DNA of 64,000 nucleotides from Squalus acanthias (taxonomy: Eukaryota): contig CM059432.1 in the NCBI GenBank assembly GCA_030390025.1, positions 72,728,001 through 72,792,000 on the forward strand, in the 5' to 3' direction. The position numbers were made by a program, and so were the translations under genes. Of this stretch, positions 47,229-61,054 are shown one piece after another (position 1 is the first letter of the stretch; each line of letters begins with the position of its first letter). Below the pieces are notes generated by a model that saw nothing but the letters and a program-made list of their open reading frames with translations, was not told the DNA's origin and ran no database searches.

Positions 47229-48339
47229 CCCCTGGAAGTGTGTTGGCTGTAAAATTGAAAACTGGCAACTTTTAGGTGTGGAGGGTGCCCATCTGAAAAG
47301 GGCATTAGGACTATGATTTGCATATGCAAGGCACCTAACATTGGTTGTAGGATCCAGATTGAAAGTAGTCTACAAATGGGCAGAGCTTGTGCCCGAGGCT
47401 TACCGCTGGAGGCTGCTCAAAAAACAGCTGGAAAACGTTTAAATAGTTACATTTCTGTGGAGCTAGGAGCAGGAATGCTCCTCCTAGCTTAACCTCCAAG
47501 GTTAATGGGCGCCCGCAATAAGAGCGCAGGCAGCACCAGTTTTTGGTGCTGCCTGCTGATTTAAATGAGAAGTCGCACAACACCAGGTTATAGTCCAACA
47601 GATTTATTTAAAATTACAAGCCATTTTTGTCCACCCCAGTCCAACCATCTCCACATCATGATTTAAATGAGGGCAGTGCAGAAGCTCCCGTGCAACATGC
47701 TCTTTCCGGCGGTAAAATCAGCAGGAGGCAGAAGGTCGGGTCTAAAGGATCTGTGCGGCGTTCTCAGGAGACCGCGATTTATGAAAGTGAACTTCTATGT
47801 TTCCAGTTATGTTTCTCAGTTGACATAGAAAGTATGCAAGATAAATGAAAGCGTCAAAATAGACTAAACTGTCACATTTTAAAGAATGCAACCAATATTT
47901 CCGATTCTACTCCCTAGAATACAAATAAAAGCAAGCTATTCTTTTAATACACAGGCATAGTGAATAAGCTTTATTACAGAGGTTTTTCACTAAGTCTTTT
48001 TAGGAGTGTATCTTTCTGGAACAATGTATCTAGCCCAGCAGTTCATTCTATCCGGCCCGCTGGAGCTCGAGCTGCACATTCGTCTGAGTCTTACGAAGGG
48101 AGGCCCCGAGAGCTCACTCAGGGTTACTGCGGCCTGGGAATAGGCTGCGACCCTGAACTGGCACTATTAAAAAAAGCTGTCGGGACTGCTGCTATATGTC
48201 TGATGCCGATCTGCTTCCCTTGTGTGTCTCAGATACGGCCTAACGTCTGTCTGTGGCTCTCTCCTGCGAACCACTTTTCTTAAACCCGCCAAATCTGCCA
48301 CTCATCGCTGGCTGGTGGGGGCACTGCTGCGCGTGCGCA

Positions 48340-49056
48340 CTGGACGTTCCTCCTCCATCAAGTCATGGCTGCTCATCTCGACGACTCTTAGTTTTACCAG
48401 AGACCGGCGCTGTCTCTTTCCTCTCATGGAACTCAGTCCCACACTCCCAGCCCTGAACTCAGTCCCACACTCCCAGCCCTGAACTCAGTCCCACACTCCC
48501 AGCCCTGAACTCAGTCCCACACTCCCAGCCCTGAACTCAGTCCCACACTCCCAGCCGTGAACTCAGTCCCACACTCCCAGCCCTGAACTCAGTCCCACAC
48601 TCCCAGCCCTGAACTCAGTCCCACACTCCCAGCCCTGAACTCGCCCCACACTCCCAGCCCTGAACTCAGTCCCACATACCCAGCCCTGAACTCAGTCCCA
48701 CATACCCAGCCCTGAACTCAGTCCCACACTCCCAGCCCTGAACTCAGTCCCACACTCCCAGCCCTGAACTTGCCCCACACTCCCAGCCCTGAACTCAGTC
48801 CCACGCTCCCAGCCCTGAACTCAGTCCCACACTCCCAGCCCTGAACTCGCCCCACGCTCCCAGCCCTGAACTCAGTCCCACGCTCCCAGCCCTGAACTCA
48901 GTCCCACACTCCCAGCCCTGAACAAACCCCACACTGAAGCCAGACGACTCAGTTTTATCTAAGAGATTGGCGCTGCGTCCACGGTGCCTAGTGTACGATG
49001 GCAGGAGAGTTCTCATCGCCGTCTTAGACACAGGAGTGGATCCCGGAGTTCCAGGT
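48340..49056 (+). pseudogene. TPP2: Decayed TPP2 (tripeptidyl-peptidase II) exon-1-like fragment, internally duplicated and split by a minisatellite
   Basis: 48994-49056 translates [21 protein letters not shown] (TPP2 as recalled: [21 protein letters not shown]). 48400-48429 gives ETGAVSFLSW and 48963-48980 gives EIGAAS (TPP2: ETGAASFL). ATG at 48365; frameshifts and stops present. Confidence 0.8.
48429..48919. repeat. 26-bp minisatellite (gaactcagtcccacactcccagccct) x19
   Basis: Direct tandem units with no spacers; three 25-bp variant units; 491 bp total. Confidence 0.97.
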
Positions 49057-50566
49057 AATGCCATTGTAGTTCAGGCCTTGCGAAGCCTTGGGCTCCAGTA
49101 CTCAGCACACTAAAAAGAGAACACCTCTCGCGTCGGAAGCCCCGCAGGCTCGAGTCACGGCTTTCAGTACAACATGTAATTGATCGATCAATCATTTCCT
49201 TCATTTAATAACGGAATATTTTACACTACATTTTGTGTATTTAAGATAGCATCTGACTACTATCTGAATTTATGTTTATGCAATGTTCCATCTAATTTTT
49301 TTTCATGCGCGGACCCTTTAAATTTGCTGCAGGGCCGCGCATGCACAGTATCTCTTCCAGTGGCAGTAACTGGTGAGCGGCCTGCGCGGGACCTCACGAC
49401 TCGCGATTGGTGCGTAGCTGTGCACCTTGCACATTGGTGTGCGGCCCTCAACAGCTCACCAAAACTTGCTAAGTGGCCCTCCAACCCAAATAATTGCCCA
49501 CCCCTGCTCTAGAAAGTACCCGGATAAGCATTTTGAAAGCGCAACGGTGTACTGGAATTGGGAGATTTGTTTGTAATACTGGATGTCAGAGCCGGCACAG
49601 GTGATCCATGATTCCTCCCTGAATAGACCAAGAGATGTGAAAAGTTTACTGGATACCCTGAACACTGAATATCAATACCAGTAAATGCAGACGAACAAAT
49701 TCCTTCAGAAACAGGAAAATGTCTTTGGGTCTCCTTTAATTGAAAATGTAATAAGCTCACACCTGTTACTTCAGAGGGACAGGATGCATATTCAATAACG
49801 TTTGTAACAATAACAGTAAACAGTTACAAAGCCCAAATATCATTTAATTTCCAGTTTACTGACACAATTGGAAGCGACAGTAATGGATCAGGCCTTTAGA
49901 TGCAGTACAAGTCCCCCAGACGGTTTGTAACCACATGCTGTTCTGTACACATTACGTGCCAGAACTCACTGACCTGCTCCGGTTGAGTGCTGGCATCTAC
50001 AGTGTATAGAATAGGCCTTCAATCTGATGCGTTTCTGCAGCAATCACCATGAGCCACCTCACTGGACTGGACACACACTGCAGTTATTGAAGACTTTGGC
50101 GGAGATCGATCTATGATCGCCGCCGCTTTCTCCCGGCTCTACACGCCGTTAGCGGCTGCACACACAGGCGTGCTTTGGAGAGGGCGGCAAGAGGAGCGGC
50201 GATGTCCAAAATCACTGAGTGTGCGGCAATTAAAATACTTGCGGCGAGCGCAGGCAACGGCAGCGCTGCCGACCTGCCCATTATGGCGGCCTCAGTGTTC
50301 CGTGCCGGAAGCGAGGCGGCCGTCATTTTTTCTTCAAAACCGGCCTTAACAGACGGCGTTAAAGATTCCAATTTCTAGGCCGTAGTAACCACACTACTTA
50401 ATTACCAGAATGCTGATTAAACCTGTGGTCATGAGTTGTTGTCAAGTTTGGGATGATTATCAGATCGGTGAATTAGCTACATAAAATGCAGAATAGTAAA
50501 TTTATTTATATTCCAGTTAGAAGAATAAACAACACAGGATACTTCTTGAGGTGCATCAGAATACAG

Positions 50567-50572
50567 TTTATT
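50567..50572 (-). terminator. NSMAF: Probable distal NSMAF polyadenylation signal (3'UTR about 2.3 kb, ~50545-52891)
   Basis: tttatt on + (AATAAA on -) with a downstream GT-rich element on - (tcctgtgttgtttatt). The 50.5-52.9 kb stretch is AT-rich and free of recognisable repeats. Other AATAAA at 50501 and 52718. Confidence 0.55.
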
Positions 50573-52891
50573 TTCATGTGCATGGTGTCCATATAATTAG
50601 CTATGGTCAGCTCCATCTAGTGCACAGCCTTAACTGAAGTACTTGGTTTATATAATTTTTAAATTTAAGAAAAAATTTTAACTAGGAAAAGTGTATGTCA
50701 TTGATATTATACGTGCAAAAATATATTGCAATTTTTAAATTTAAACTATGCTCCCACACCAATGAGAAATTTCAAGTACTGCAGAACAAAATGAAATATG
50801 AAATTATACAAATTTAATCAAAACACATTCAATATATATTGTTAAATTATGACTGATACTTGTTTCTTTACGGTTTACAATAATGTAATATTTGGTGTGA
50901 TATAACAAACACCTAAGCATGTCCACAAACAACTTTAAAGAACAGAATAAAAACTTCCTTTTCACTACAAGTTATGCATCTCCAAAAACACCATAAACCC
51001 ATGAGTTCTGAATGATGTAAATCAGCAGCAATAAAACATTTGTGCAAGTTAAAAATTTCCCATTTCCACATTCATTTTACTTTCCCTTCTCTGTGGTGAC
51101 CTTTCTAACTCTAACTGGGAATACTACACACAAATATTTTGGTGCTCTCAAGTCAAATATGCTAGCAAATAAAAATTGGTTTTAATGCACCGTCTCACCT
51201 TGAGCAAGAAATACACTTGCAGAGTTTACGGTGTGGAAGATTCACAAGACAGGATGCGCACAGCCGGTGTAGCTCAGCAGATGGACAGGGCCTAATATTT
51301 ACCACAAATAAACCAGTTAAATTATCCTTGCAATGAACAAATTCTATCCTTTTCCTATGGAGAACTTTAAAAATAATTTTTCATATTAATTTGTGCCAAA
51401 TGGTGCAGAGATTTAACTGACATTCCACAAGAAATTAGACAATTAGGAGACAAGAGCTACCTAAAACTATGGTGGGAGGGGGAAGTAGAAACAGATCTCC
51501 AGTATAAGGGTTCTTACTACTTAAAACAAATCTAATAGTTGGCCTGGATTTCACAACATGGCGCCAAAATAATGTTCAGGAAACAGGGAGGGAGACATTC
51601 TCACGTTTGTGATTCGATATCCAATTTTAGTGACAGTTTGTGCTTTGCAATGCTGCTGTGCAGAACAGAATCTAAAATATAAATGTAAATCTGCTGTCAT
51701 CTTGAATATATAACCCATTAGTAGATGAACCAGAGTACTTAAAAATTCCAAACTGTACCCACACATCCCAAAATTTTTCTTTACAATAACTCTACAGATA
51801 TAAAAAAAGATTAACTAGTATAATTTCAGTTGACAAGAAATACTTTTGATGCCACATGCAGTAAATTTTGTTTTGTGATGAAATACTCCCCAGAATGACA
51901 GAGTTTACTCAGCAACATCGGTAACAACAGCATCCATCCACAAAATCATTTACCCAGAGGACTTACTCACTAGCAAAGTTTTTATCTTCTACACTACCTG
52001 AAATACTTTACGTAACCTTTAATTTTTCTTCAGTAACCATCACAGATGCATATGCCCTCAAGTAATTTCTTACAGCTACTAAAGGGTATCAAGGCACAAT
52101 CATAATTTTAAAAAACTATTGCGGACAACCAACCATATTCACATTAACTGTGTCAGAACATGTGTTAAACTTCACAATTTATCTAAAGATAAAAGCACTT
52201 GTGTATTCTGAAGGTACATCAGTTTTCATAGACACACAATTTGGTCTGGCATGAAAGGGCTCCAGTCCACTGAACTGAGAATGAGTTACTAATGAAAGCA
52301 AAACCTTAGCTCAGCTCAGGTTCAGAATTCTTCTATGACAGATGATTCTGCTACTCATGACTAATCTTAATTCAACCCAGTTGACTAGACTCACACACAT
52401 TCTTAATACTAGATGAACCTCACAAACTTATGATAAATGCATGTTACTATATCTTGTACTTGATGCAGAACACTTGACTATACAGCAACTAAAATGCAAT
52501 AAATATCTTTAACAGTACAAAATTTGGTCAAATCCAAATAAAATTAGTTCTATTTCCCCATGGTTTACTATTTTTTCCAAGATCAGAAACACTCAAAAAT
52601 ACTTTGCTCCTGCGCTGCACAGTGACACAGCATATTGGAAGGACCAATGCAAGATCTCGCAAGCTATCAAGACACGGCCAAATGTTTCCAGACTGCTGAA
52701 TTCTCAGCTTTGGGAGGTTTATTGAATGGAGAGAAGTATTTCCACAGGGAGCAGGAGAAGTAGGTTAATCTTACTGTCTTAATGACTACTTATAGATTGT
52801 GGACAATGCAGCTTTAAAACAGTTCTTGCTTCGTGCTATTTAAAAAAAAGTGCTCGAAGCTGAAGTCTCGAAGGAATTCAGAGAAAGGCAC

Positions 52892-53014
<123 letters not shown>

Positions 53015-53054
53015 TCAAATGATGTTTTAAAAAAAACTAATTCCTTTGGCAATT

Positions 53055-53378
53055 TTGTGGAGAAGAACAAAACTAGAGGCCATCAATATAAGATAGTCAC
53101 CAAGAAATCAAATAGGAAATTCAGAAGAAACCTCTTTACCCAGAGAGTGGTGAGAATATGGAACTCGCGACCACAGGGAGTGGTTGAAGCGAATAGTATA
53201 GATACATTTAAGGGGAGGCTAGATAAGCGTATATGGGAGAAGGGAATAGAGGGTTACGCTGATAGATTTAGACGAGGAAAGACTGGAGGAGGCTCGAGTA
53301 GAGCATAAACGCCGGCATGGACTGGTTGAGCCGAATGGTCTGTTTCTGCGCTGTATATCCTTTGTAATCCTATGTAAT
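53055..53378 (+). mobile_element. Short CR1 3' end
   Basis: [28 protein letters not shown], same subfamily as 20553-21680. Confidence 0.8.
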
Positions 53379-54419
53379 TTGCAATATTAGCTTATTTTCA
53401 AAATCATTGCACAAACATGGTTCTTAGAGTTAAACTGATACCTCACTATGCAATTTTACTATGCTCACACTCAAATATTAATATGGCTGCATTCTGTCTA
53501 AGCACAGTCTTGAATGATGCTCAGCCAACTGAGATTTCTATTTGAAAAGTTGCAAATAAACTGCATCTAGACAATCGCATAGTGCTTTCATTACTATAAC
53601 TGGGATACAATCCAACCCGGTAAGGATAAGGTTGATTCATTTGTACAGGATTAAATTGTGATCAAAAGACATTACAATCTTATCCTGTACCATTGGTAAC
53701 TAAATCTGGTGACAAAAAAGACCAACTCCACAAGCAATTAACGGGTGCTGCAAGGTTAATGAGACACTCCAGGCTTCATATTTTGTCCAGGGACTAGGTA
53801 ACATTTACACAGTGAGTGGATTTGACTGCATAACTTGGGTTATATGCCATGCGTGCCACATCTAGTTGAATCCACAGGATCTGTGTAGTCTTTGATTTAT
53901 GAGACTCAACATATTGGAACTTCCCCCATATCACAGTCTACTGATAAGATTTACACAAGATTAATGGCCAAGGTACCAGAGAGTGATCAGTGCCTGTGGA
54001 ATCATACCCCAGCAAGAAAGCAACAGCTTCAGCAGAGAAGTGGAGGAGAAAAAACGGAGGATGGCAAAATAAGCCTGCTCCTCTTGGCTAGAACCATTTG
54101 TGAAAGGCATCTTTATTTGTTGCTACTAGGACGTTGGACAGTGTCTGAGGAGAGAGAAGTGGGGTTGGGGAGCATGAGCTGTGTTTCATGGATGGGATGA
54201 GCTTCGAGAGGTCGTGGGCAGAGATAAAAGAGATGAATTTCAGGCTAGTATGGAGGGCCAGGGGCGAGGTTTGGCTTGGTGGGAAAGGGAAAGGGGGGAA
54301 GCAGCAGAACAGATGGTCTTTCTTGGTGACAAAGAACTCCATGAGCTCCTCACACTTCTCGTTAGAGGTGAGGGGAAAGGGTGGAGGGGTTTGAATGGTC
54401 TGCACAGAGTGGTTTTAAA

Positions 54420-57400
54420 CGGAGTGTTTCTAAACAGTGTTAAAGTTGGGAATTTGGAGAGAGTGGGAATTCGGAGCAGAGGGGGAAGGAGGTGCTGGTT
54501 TTTGCCTCCAATACTTGTAGTGCTTTGTGTTACAGGTAAATATTTAATTTAATCTACCTTTAACTTAAACTAGATCAAGTAATTAGTTAAAAAACTAAAC
54601 AATGCGCTAAGTTAATTAAATACATAAACTCTAATTAATGAAATAAATAAAACAAGGTTATATAAGGATGGCAGTGCAGGTGGTGTGCCGCAACTACAGC
54701 ATGTGGGAGTTTATGGATAGCATTGTGATCCCAAACAACCACGTCTGCAGTAAGTGTCTGCTTCTCGAGGAAATTCAGCTCAGAGTTGTTGAGCAGACAT
54801 TGCAGGGCATCAGGGAGGGGGAGAGTTACCTGGACACTTTGATCCAGGAGGCAGTCACACCCCTTAGGTTAGGTAGTGGTACGGGTCTGGTTAGTGGTCA
54901 CGGACACGAGGGTGTGACTGGGACTCCGGCAGCTAAAGAGACCCCAGGTGCAGTGCTGGAGGAGCCTCGGCCTTTGCCCTTATCCAACAGGTATGAGGTA
55001 ATTGCTGCCTGTGCAGATGAGGGCAGAGTCTGCAGGGTGGATGACCAAACTGACCATGGCACCGAGGAACAGGAGGCCATTCAAGCATGGGAGTAAAAAG
55101 GAATGTTGTAGTTGTAGGGGACAATATAGTCAGAGGGAGAGATACTGTTCTCTGCAGCCGTGACAGGGAGTACCGAAGGCTGTGCTGCCTGCCACCGGTG
55201 CCAGGGTTAAGGATATTCCTCGTGACTGGAGAAGAACTTGGAGTGGGAAGGGGAGGATCCAGTTGTCGTGGTTCACGTAGGAAACAACGGCATAGGTAGA
55301 ACTAGGAACGAGGTTCTGCTGAGAGAGTTTGAGGAGCTAGGGTCCAAATTAAAACGCAGAACCTCAAAGGTAATAATCTCTGGATTGTTACCTGAGCCAC
55401 GCACAAATTGGCACAGGGACAAGCAGATCAAAGAGTTAAATGCGTGGCTCAAAGAGTGGTGTGGGAAGAAGGGGGTTCGATTCATGGGGCACTGGCACCA
55501 GTACTGGGTAAAGAGGGAGCTGTTCCGTTGGGATGGGCTCCACTTAAATCGGGCTGGGACCAGTGTCCTGGTAAATTGAATAACTAGGGCTGTAGATAGG
55601 GCTTTAAACTAAAAGGTGGGGGCGAGGGGGGGAAAGAGAGGTCAGGTGAGGGGAAATTTAGAAATCTAAAAAGAAAAGTCAAGGCAATGGAGCAGTGTAG
55701 CGATTTGGGTAAAGATAAGCAGAGTGTGACAGGAAAGGACAGAGAGTTTAACAGTAATAGGACATCAGCGAATAAGGTGAAAACGGAATAATGGCAAAAA
55801 TTAAAATTAAAGGCTCTTTATCTGAATGCACGAAGCATTCGTAACAAGATAGACGAATTAGTGGCACAAATAGATTAATGGGTTTGATCTAATAGCCATT
55901 TCAGAGACATGGCTGCAAAGTGACTGAGGTTGGGAACTAAATATTTCAGGGTACTTATCGACTTATCGAAAAGATAGGCAGAATAGAAAAGGAGTGGGGG
56001 GGGGGGGGGGGGGGAGGTTTGCCCTGATAATAAAGGATGACATAAGGACAGTAGTGAGAAAGGATCTTGGCTCAGAAGATCAGGAAGTAGAATCAGTATG
56101 GGTGGAGATAAGAAATAACAAGGGGCAGAAAACACAGTTGGGAATAGTTTATAAACACTCGAACAGTAGCTATACCGTTGGACAGAGTATTAATCAAGAA
56201 ATAATAGGAGCTTGTAACAAAGGTAATGCAATAATCTTCACATAGACTGGGCAAATCAAATTGGCAAAGGTAGTCTGGAGGACGAGTTCATGGAATGCAT
56301 TCGAGGCAGTTTCGTAGAACAAGACGTCGTGGAACCAACCAGGGAACAGGCTATTTTAGATCTTGTATTGTGTAATGAGACAGGGTTAATTAGTAATGTC
56401 ATAGTAAAGGATCCTCTGGGGAAGAGTGATCATAATATGATAAGTATTTCCCACTCAAACCCAATGTGAAATTCTAAGTCCGAAATTAGAGACTTAAACT
56501 TAAATAAAGCCAATCACGTAGGTATGAGGGGTGAGTTGGCTAAGGTAGATTGGGCAATTAGATTAAAAGGTATGACAGTAGATAAGCAATGGCAACCATT
56601 TAAAGAATCTAAAATTCTCAACAAATATAGATTCCATTGAGAAATAAAAACTCCACAGGAAAAGTGATCCATCCGTGACGAACTAAAGAAGATAAGGATA
56701 ATATTAGATTAAAAGAGGCTTATAATATTGTCCCCTAAGGATCTAGCCTTGGCCCCCTCCTATTTCTCATCTACATGCTGCCCCTTGGCGACATCATCAG
56801 AAAACACAGCATCAGTTTCCACATGTATGCTTATGACACCCAGCTCTACCTCACCATCACTTCGACTCGACCTCTCCACGGTCTCTAAATTGTCAGACTG
56901 CTTGTTCGACATCCAGTACTGAATGTGCAGAAATTTTCTCCAATTAAATATTGGGAAGACCGAAGCCATTGTTTTCGGTCCCCGCCACAAACTCCGTTCC
57001 CTAACCACTGACTCCATCCCTCTCCCTAGCTTCAGTCTGAGGCTGAACCACACTGTTCGCAACCTTGGTGTCAAATTTGACCCCGAAATGAGCTTCCGAC
57101 CACATATCCGCGGCATAACTAAGACCACCTATTTCTACCTCCGTAACATCACCTGTTTCTGCCCCTGCTGAAAACCTCATCCATGCCTTTGTTACCTCTA
57201 GACTTGACTATTCCAACATACTCCTGGCTGGCCTCCCACGTTCTACCCAACGCAAACTTGACGCCATCCAAAACTCGGCTGTCCATGTCCTATCTGCCAC
57301 CAGGTCCCGTTCATCCATCACCCCTGTGCTCGCTGACCTACATTGGCTCCTGGTTATGCAACGCCTCGATTTCAAAATTCTCATCCTTGTTTTCAAATCT

Positions 57401-59720
57401 CTCCATGGCCTCGCCCCTCCCTATCTCTGTAATCTCCTCCAGTCCCACAACCCAGTCCCCTCCCCCTGAAATATCTGCGCTCCTCTAATTCTGCCCTCTT
57501 GAGCATCCCTGATTAAAATCACTCAACCACTGGTGGCCGTGCCTTCTGTTGCCTAGGCCCTAAGCTCTGGAATTCCCTGCCTAAACCTCTCCGCCTCTCT
57601 TTCCGCCTTTAAGACGCTCCTTAAAACCTACCTCTTTGACCAAGCTTTGAGTCATCTGCCCTAATTTATCCTTATGTGGCTCGGTGTCAAATTTTTCGTC
57701 TTATAACACTCCTGGGAAGCGCCTTGGGACGTCTTACTATGTTCAAGGCGCTATATAAATACAAGTTGTTGTTGCTGTTGAGGATTGGGAGAGCTTTACA
57801 AACCAGCAAAGGATGACAAAAATTGATAAAAAAGGGACAAAATAGAATGAGAGTAAACTAGCAAAAAATATAAAAACAGATTGTAAGAGCTTCTACAAGT
57901 ATGTAAAAAGGAAGAGAGTAGCAAAAGTAGGCGTTGATCCCTTAGAGGCCTAGACAGGTGAAATTATTATGGGGAATAAGGAAATGGCAGAGACATTAAA
58001 CAAATATTTTGTATCTGTCTTCACAGTAGAAGACACAAAAAGCACACCAAAAGTAGTGAGGAACCAAGGGGCTAATGAGAGCGAGGAACATAAAGTAATT
58101 AAGATCAATAGAGAAAAAGTACTCAAGAAACTAATGGGATTAAAAGCTGACAAATCCGCTGGACCTGATGGTTTACATCCTAGGGTTCCAAAAGAAGTGG
58201 CTGCAGAGATAGTGGATGCATTGGTTGTGATCTTACAGAATTCCCTAGATTCTAGAACAGTCCCAGTGGACTGGAAGATAGCAAATGTAACCCCGCTATT
58301 CAAGAAAGGAGGGAAAGAGAAAACAGGGAACTACAGGCCAGTTAGGCCTGGCATCAGTCGTCGGAAAAATGCTGGAATCCATTATTCAAGAAGTGGTAAC
58401 AGGGCATTTAGAAAATTATAATATGATTAGGCAGAGTCAACATGGTTTTACAAAAGGGAAATCGTGTTTGACAAATTTATTAGCGTTTTTTGAGGATGTA
58501 ACGAGGCGGGTAGATAAAAGGGAACCGGTGAATGTAGTATATTTTTGTTTCCAAAAGGCATTTGATAAGGTGCCACATAAAAGGTTGCAATGCAAGATAA
58601 GGTCTCATGGAGTTAGGGTTAAATATTAGCATGGACTGAGGATTGGTTAATGGACAGAAAACAGAGCGCGTAATTTTCCGTTTGGCAGGCTGTAACTAGT
58701 GGGATGCCGCAAGGATCAGTGCTTGGGCCTCAGCTATTTACAATCTATATTAATGACTTAGATGAAGGGACCGAGTGTAATGTATCCAAGATTGCTGATG
58801 ATACAAAGCTAGGTGGGAAAGTAAGCGGTGAGGAGGACACAAAGAGCCTGCAAAGGGATATAGACAGATTACGTGAGTGGGCAATAAGGTGGCAGATGGA
58901 ATATAGTGTGGGGAAATGAGGTTATTTACTTTGGTAGGAAGAATAGAAAAACAAAATATTTGTTAAATGGTGAGAAACTATTAAATGTTGGTATTCAGAG
59001 AGATTTAGGTGTCCTCGTTCAGGAAACACAGAGCTAGCATGCAGGTACAGTAAGCAATTAGGAAGGCAAATGGCATGATTTGCCTTTTCTGCATGGGGGT
59101 TGAAGTACAAGAGTAAAGAAGTCTTGCTACAATTATACAGGGCTTTGATGAGACCACACCTGGAGTTCTGTGCACAGTTTTGGTCTCCTTATCTGAGGAA
59201 GGATGTACTTGCCTTAGAGGCGGTGCAACAAAAGTTCACTATCTTGATTCCAGGGATGAGGGGGTTGTCCTATGAGGAGAGATTGAGTAGATTGGGCCTC
59301 TACTCTCTGGAGTTTAGATGAATGAGAGGTAATTCAATTGAAACATATAAGATTCTGAGGGGGATTGACAGGGTAGATGATGAGAGGCTGTTTCCGCTGG
59401 CTGGAGAGTCTAGAACTGGGGGGCAAAATCTCAGGATAATGCATCAGCCATTTAAGACTGAGATGAGGAGGAATTTCTTTACTCAGAGGGTTGTGAATCT
59501 TTGGAATTCTCTGCCACAGAGGGCTGCGGATGCTGAATCGTTGAGTATATTCAAGGCTGGAATAGATAGATTTTTGAACTCTAGGGGAATCAAGGGATAT
59601 GGAGATCTGGCGGGAAAGTGAAGTTGAGGTCGAAGATCAGCCATGATCGTATTGAATGGCAGAGCAGGCTCGAGGGGCCATATGGCCTACTCCTGCTCCT
59701 AATTCTTATGTTCTTATGTT
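54420..59720 (+). mobile_element. Near full-length but decayed CR1 LINE (ORF1 SGNH + ORF2), interrupted by an L2 fragment
   Basis: ORF1 pieces 54668.., 55087.., 55238.. (HVCSKC, VVGDNIVRG, HVGNNGIG, DGLHLN); ORF2 pieces to 59621; tail ttcttatg near 59705. 5' boundary approximate. Confidence 0.9.
56729..57780 (+). mobile_element. 5'-truncated L2-clade LINE nested in CR1
   Basis: RT C-terminal motifs (NFLQLNIGKTEAIVFG, SRLDYSN); tail ggcgctatataaatacaagttgttgttg. Confidence 0.85.
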
Positions 59721-61054
59721 GAAGAACACAGTTGGTAATGGAGAAGACATGGTTATCTTTGCTCTCCAGGATGATCCTAGAGGAATAGGTGGTTTTGGAA
59801 GATGAGACCGAGTACGTTAGAGCTTGATATGGCCCAGCCAGATTTGGTGACGAATGGCTGAGAGAATTGCAAGCCAGATAAGCTCACATCTACACCCCTT
59901 GGAATTGAGGAAGTGAAAATGAGGGCCATACTGGAGGAATGAACAGGATGGGAGACAAAAATTTTGCTAGGGACAAGACCAGCAAAAGTAGAGATAAGCA
60001 AATCAACAGCTGCACAGGTATTGGGAATGGAGGGCAAAAGGCTAGGCAGTTGGGAGTTTGAAAGTGCAGTTATAAGCTACTTGTGGGAGTTGTTTCCTAC
60101 CAGGAAAACGAAATTGGGTTAGAAGAAGGTAGGGAGATGTGGGTGGTAAAGGATACAAGGAAGTGCTCAGTGATGGCCTTGTCAGTGATCGAGACCATGG
60201 GAGTAAGGCGGCCATGGGAAACCTGTCATCCTTACCCGGTCTGGCCTATACGTGGCTTCCGTCTCACACAAACATGATTCACTCTTAACTGCCCTCTGAA
60301 GTAGCCTAGCATGCCACTCAGTTGTATCAAACTGTTACTTTCACCACATGGACTGCAGATGCTCAGGAAGGTGGCGCACCACCACCTTCTCTGGGTAACT
60401 GGGTGTTGCCAGCAACGCCAACATCCCAAGAATATATATATATTTTTTTTTAAACGGCGGTTAGCCCAGAAAGAAGTGAAAGGGTGACCAACAGACACTG
60501 CTGGCCACTAAGGAAAACAGTCTATGAAAATTAAGCAATTAATTTCCTATTTTAGATTGTTTAAAAATAAGTACATTAAAGTGTCTTTGTCCACTAAAGG
60601 AAGTTTATTTCACCTTATAGGATGATGCCTTGCTGCCTTTGAAGTTGTCCATCTTATGTGGGTCATTAAGGGATGGTTCTCAGATTTTTTTCTACAAAAA
60701 TGTTCCAGCACTTTAAATTTTTTCTCCAAACTCTGAAAAAGGAGTCTGAACAACTTCAATTGGTGCTCAGGAAGACCCAAGATATGGAACAGGACTCCCA
60801 GCTTGGAGTTGCATGTACCAAATATGCAAATGCTGCGGCTGGCACACACCTTCCAGATTGAACCTCCAGTCAGATCAGCATTAGTAAGATTCTAAGGTTA
60901 CACCTTTTCTCCGAAGGACTTCAGAGCAGATATTCTCACCTACATAATTATCTCAGCATCTAATGAGAGATATATTTTGGTTAAGAGTTGGAAGACTGCT
61001 AGATCATGGATGAATCTAATGTTTCTCTTCAGAGATACAAAAATATACAGACCT

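Noticed and set aside
48429..48919. CRISPR-like array
   Set aside because: Units are contiguous with no unique spacers, there are no cas genes and the context is vertebrate; it is a minisatellite
49456..49760. Short minus-strand ORFs, or TPP2 exon 2 downstream of the relic
   Set aside because: No recognisable protein motif, and I found no TPP2 exon-2-like peptide
60540..60980. Possible penultimate NSMAF exon or other exon in unique-looking sequence
   Set aside because: No frame I read on either strand resembles the expected WD40 sequence; stops interrupt frames following the candidate acceptors
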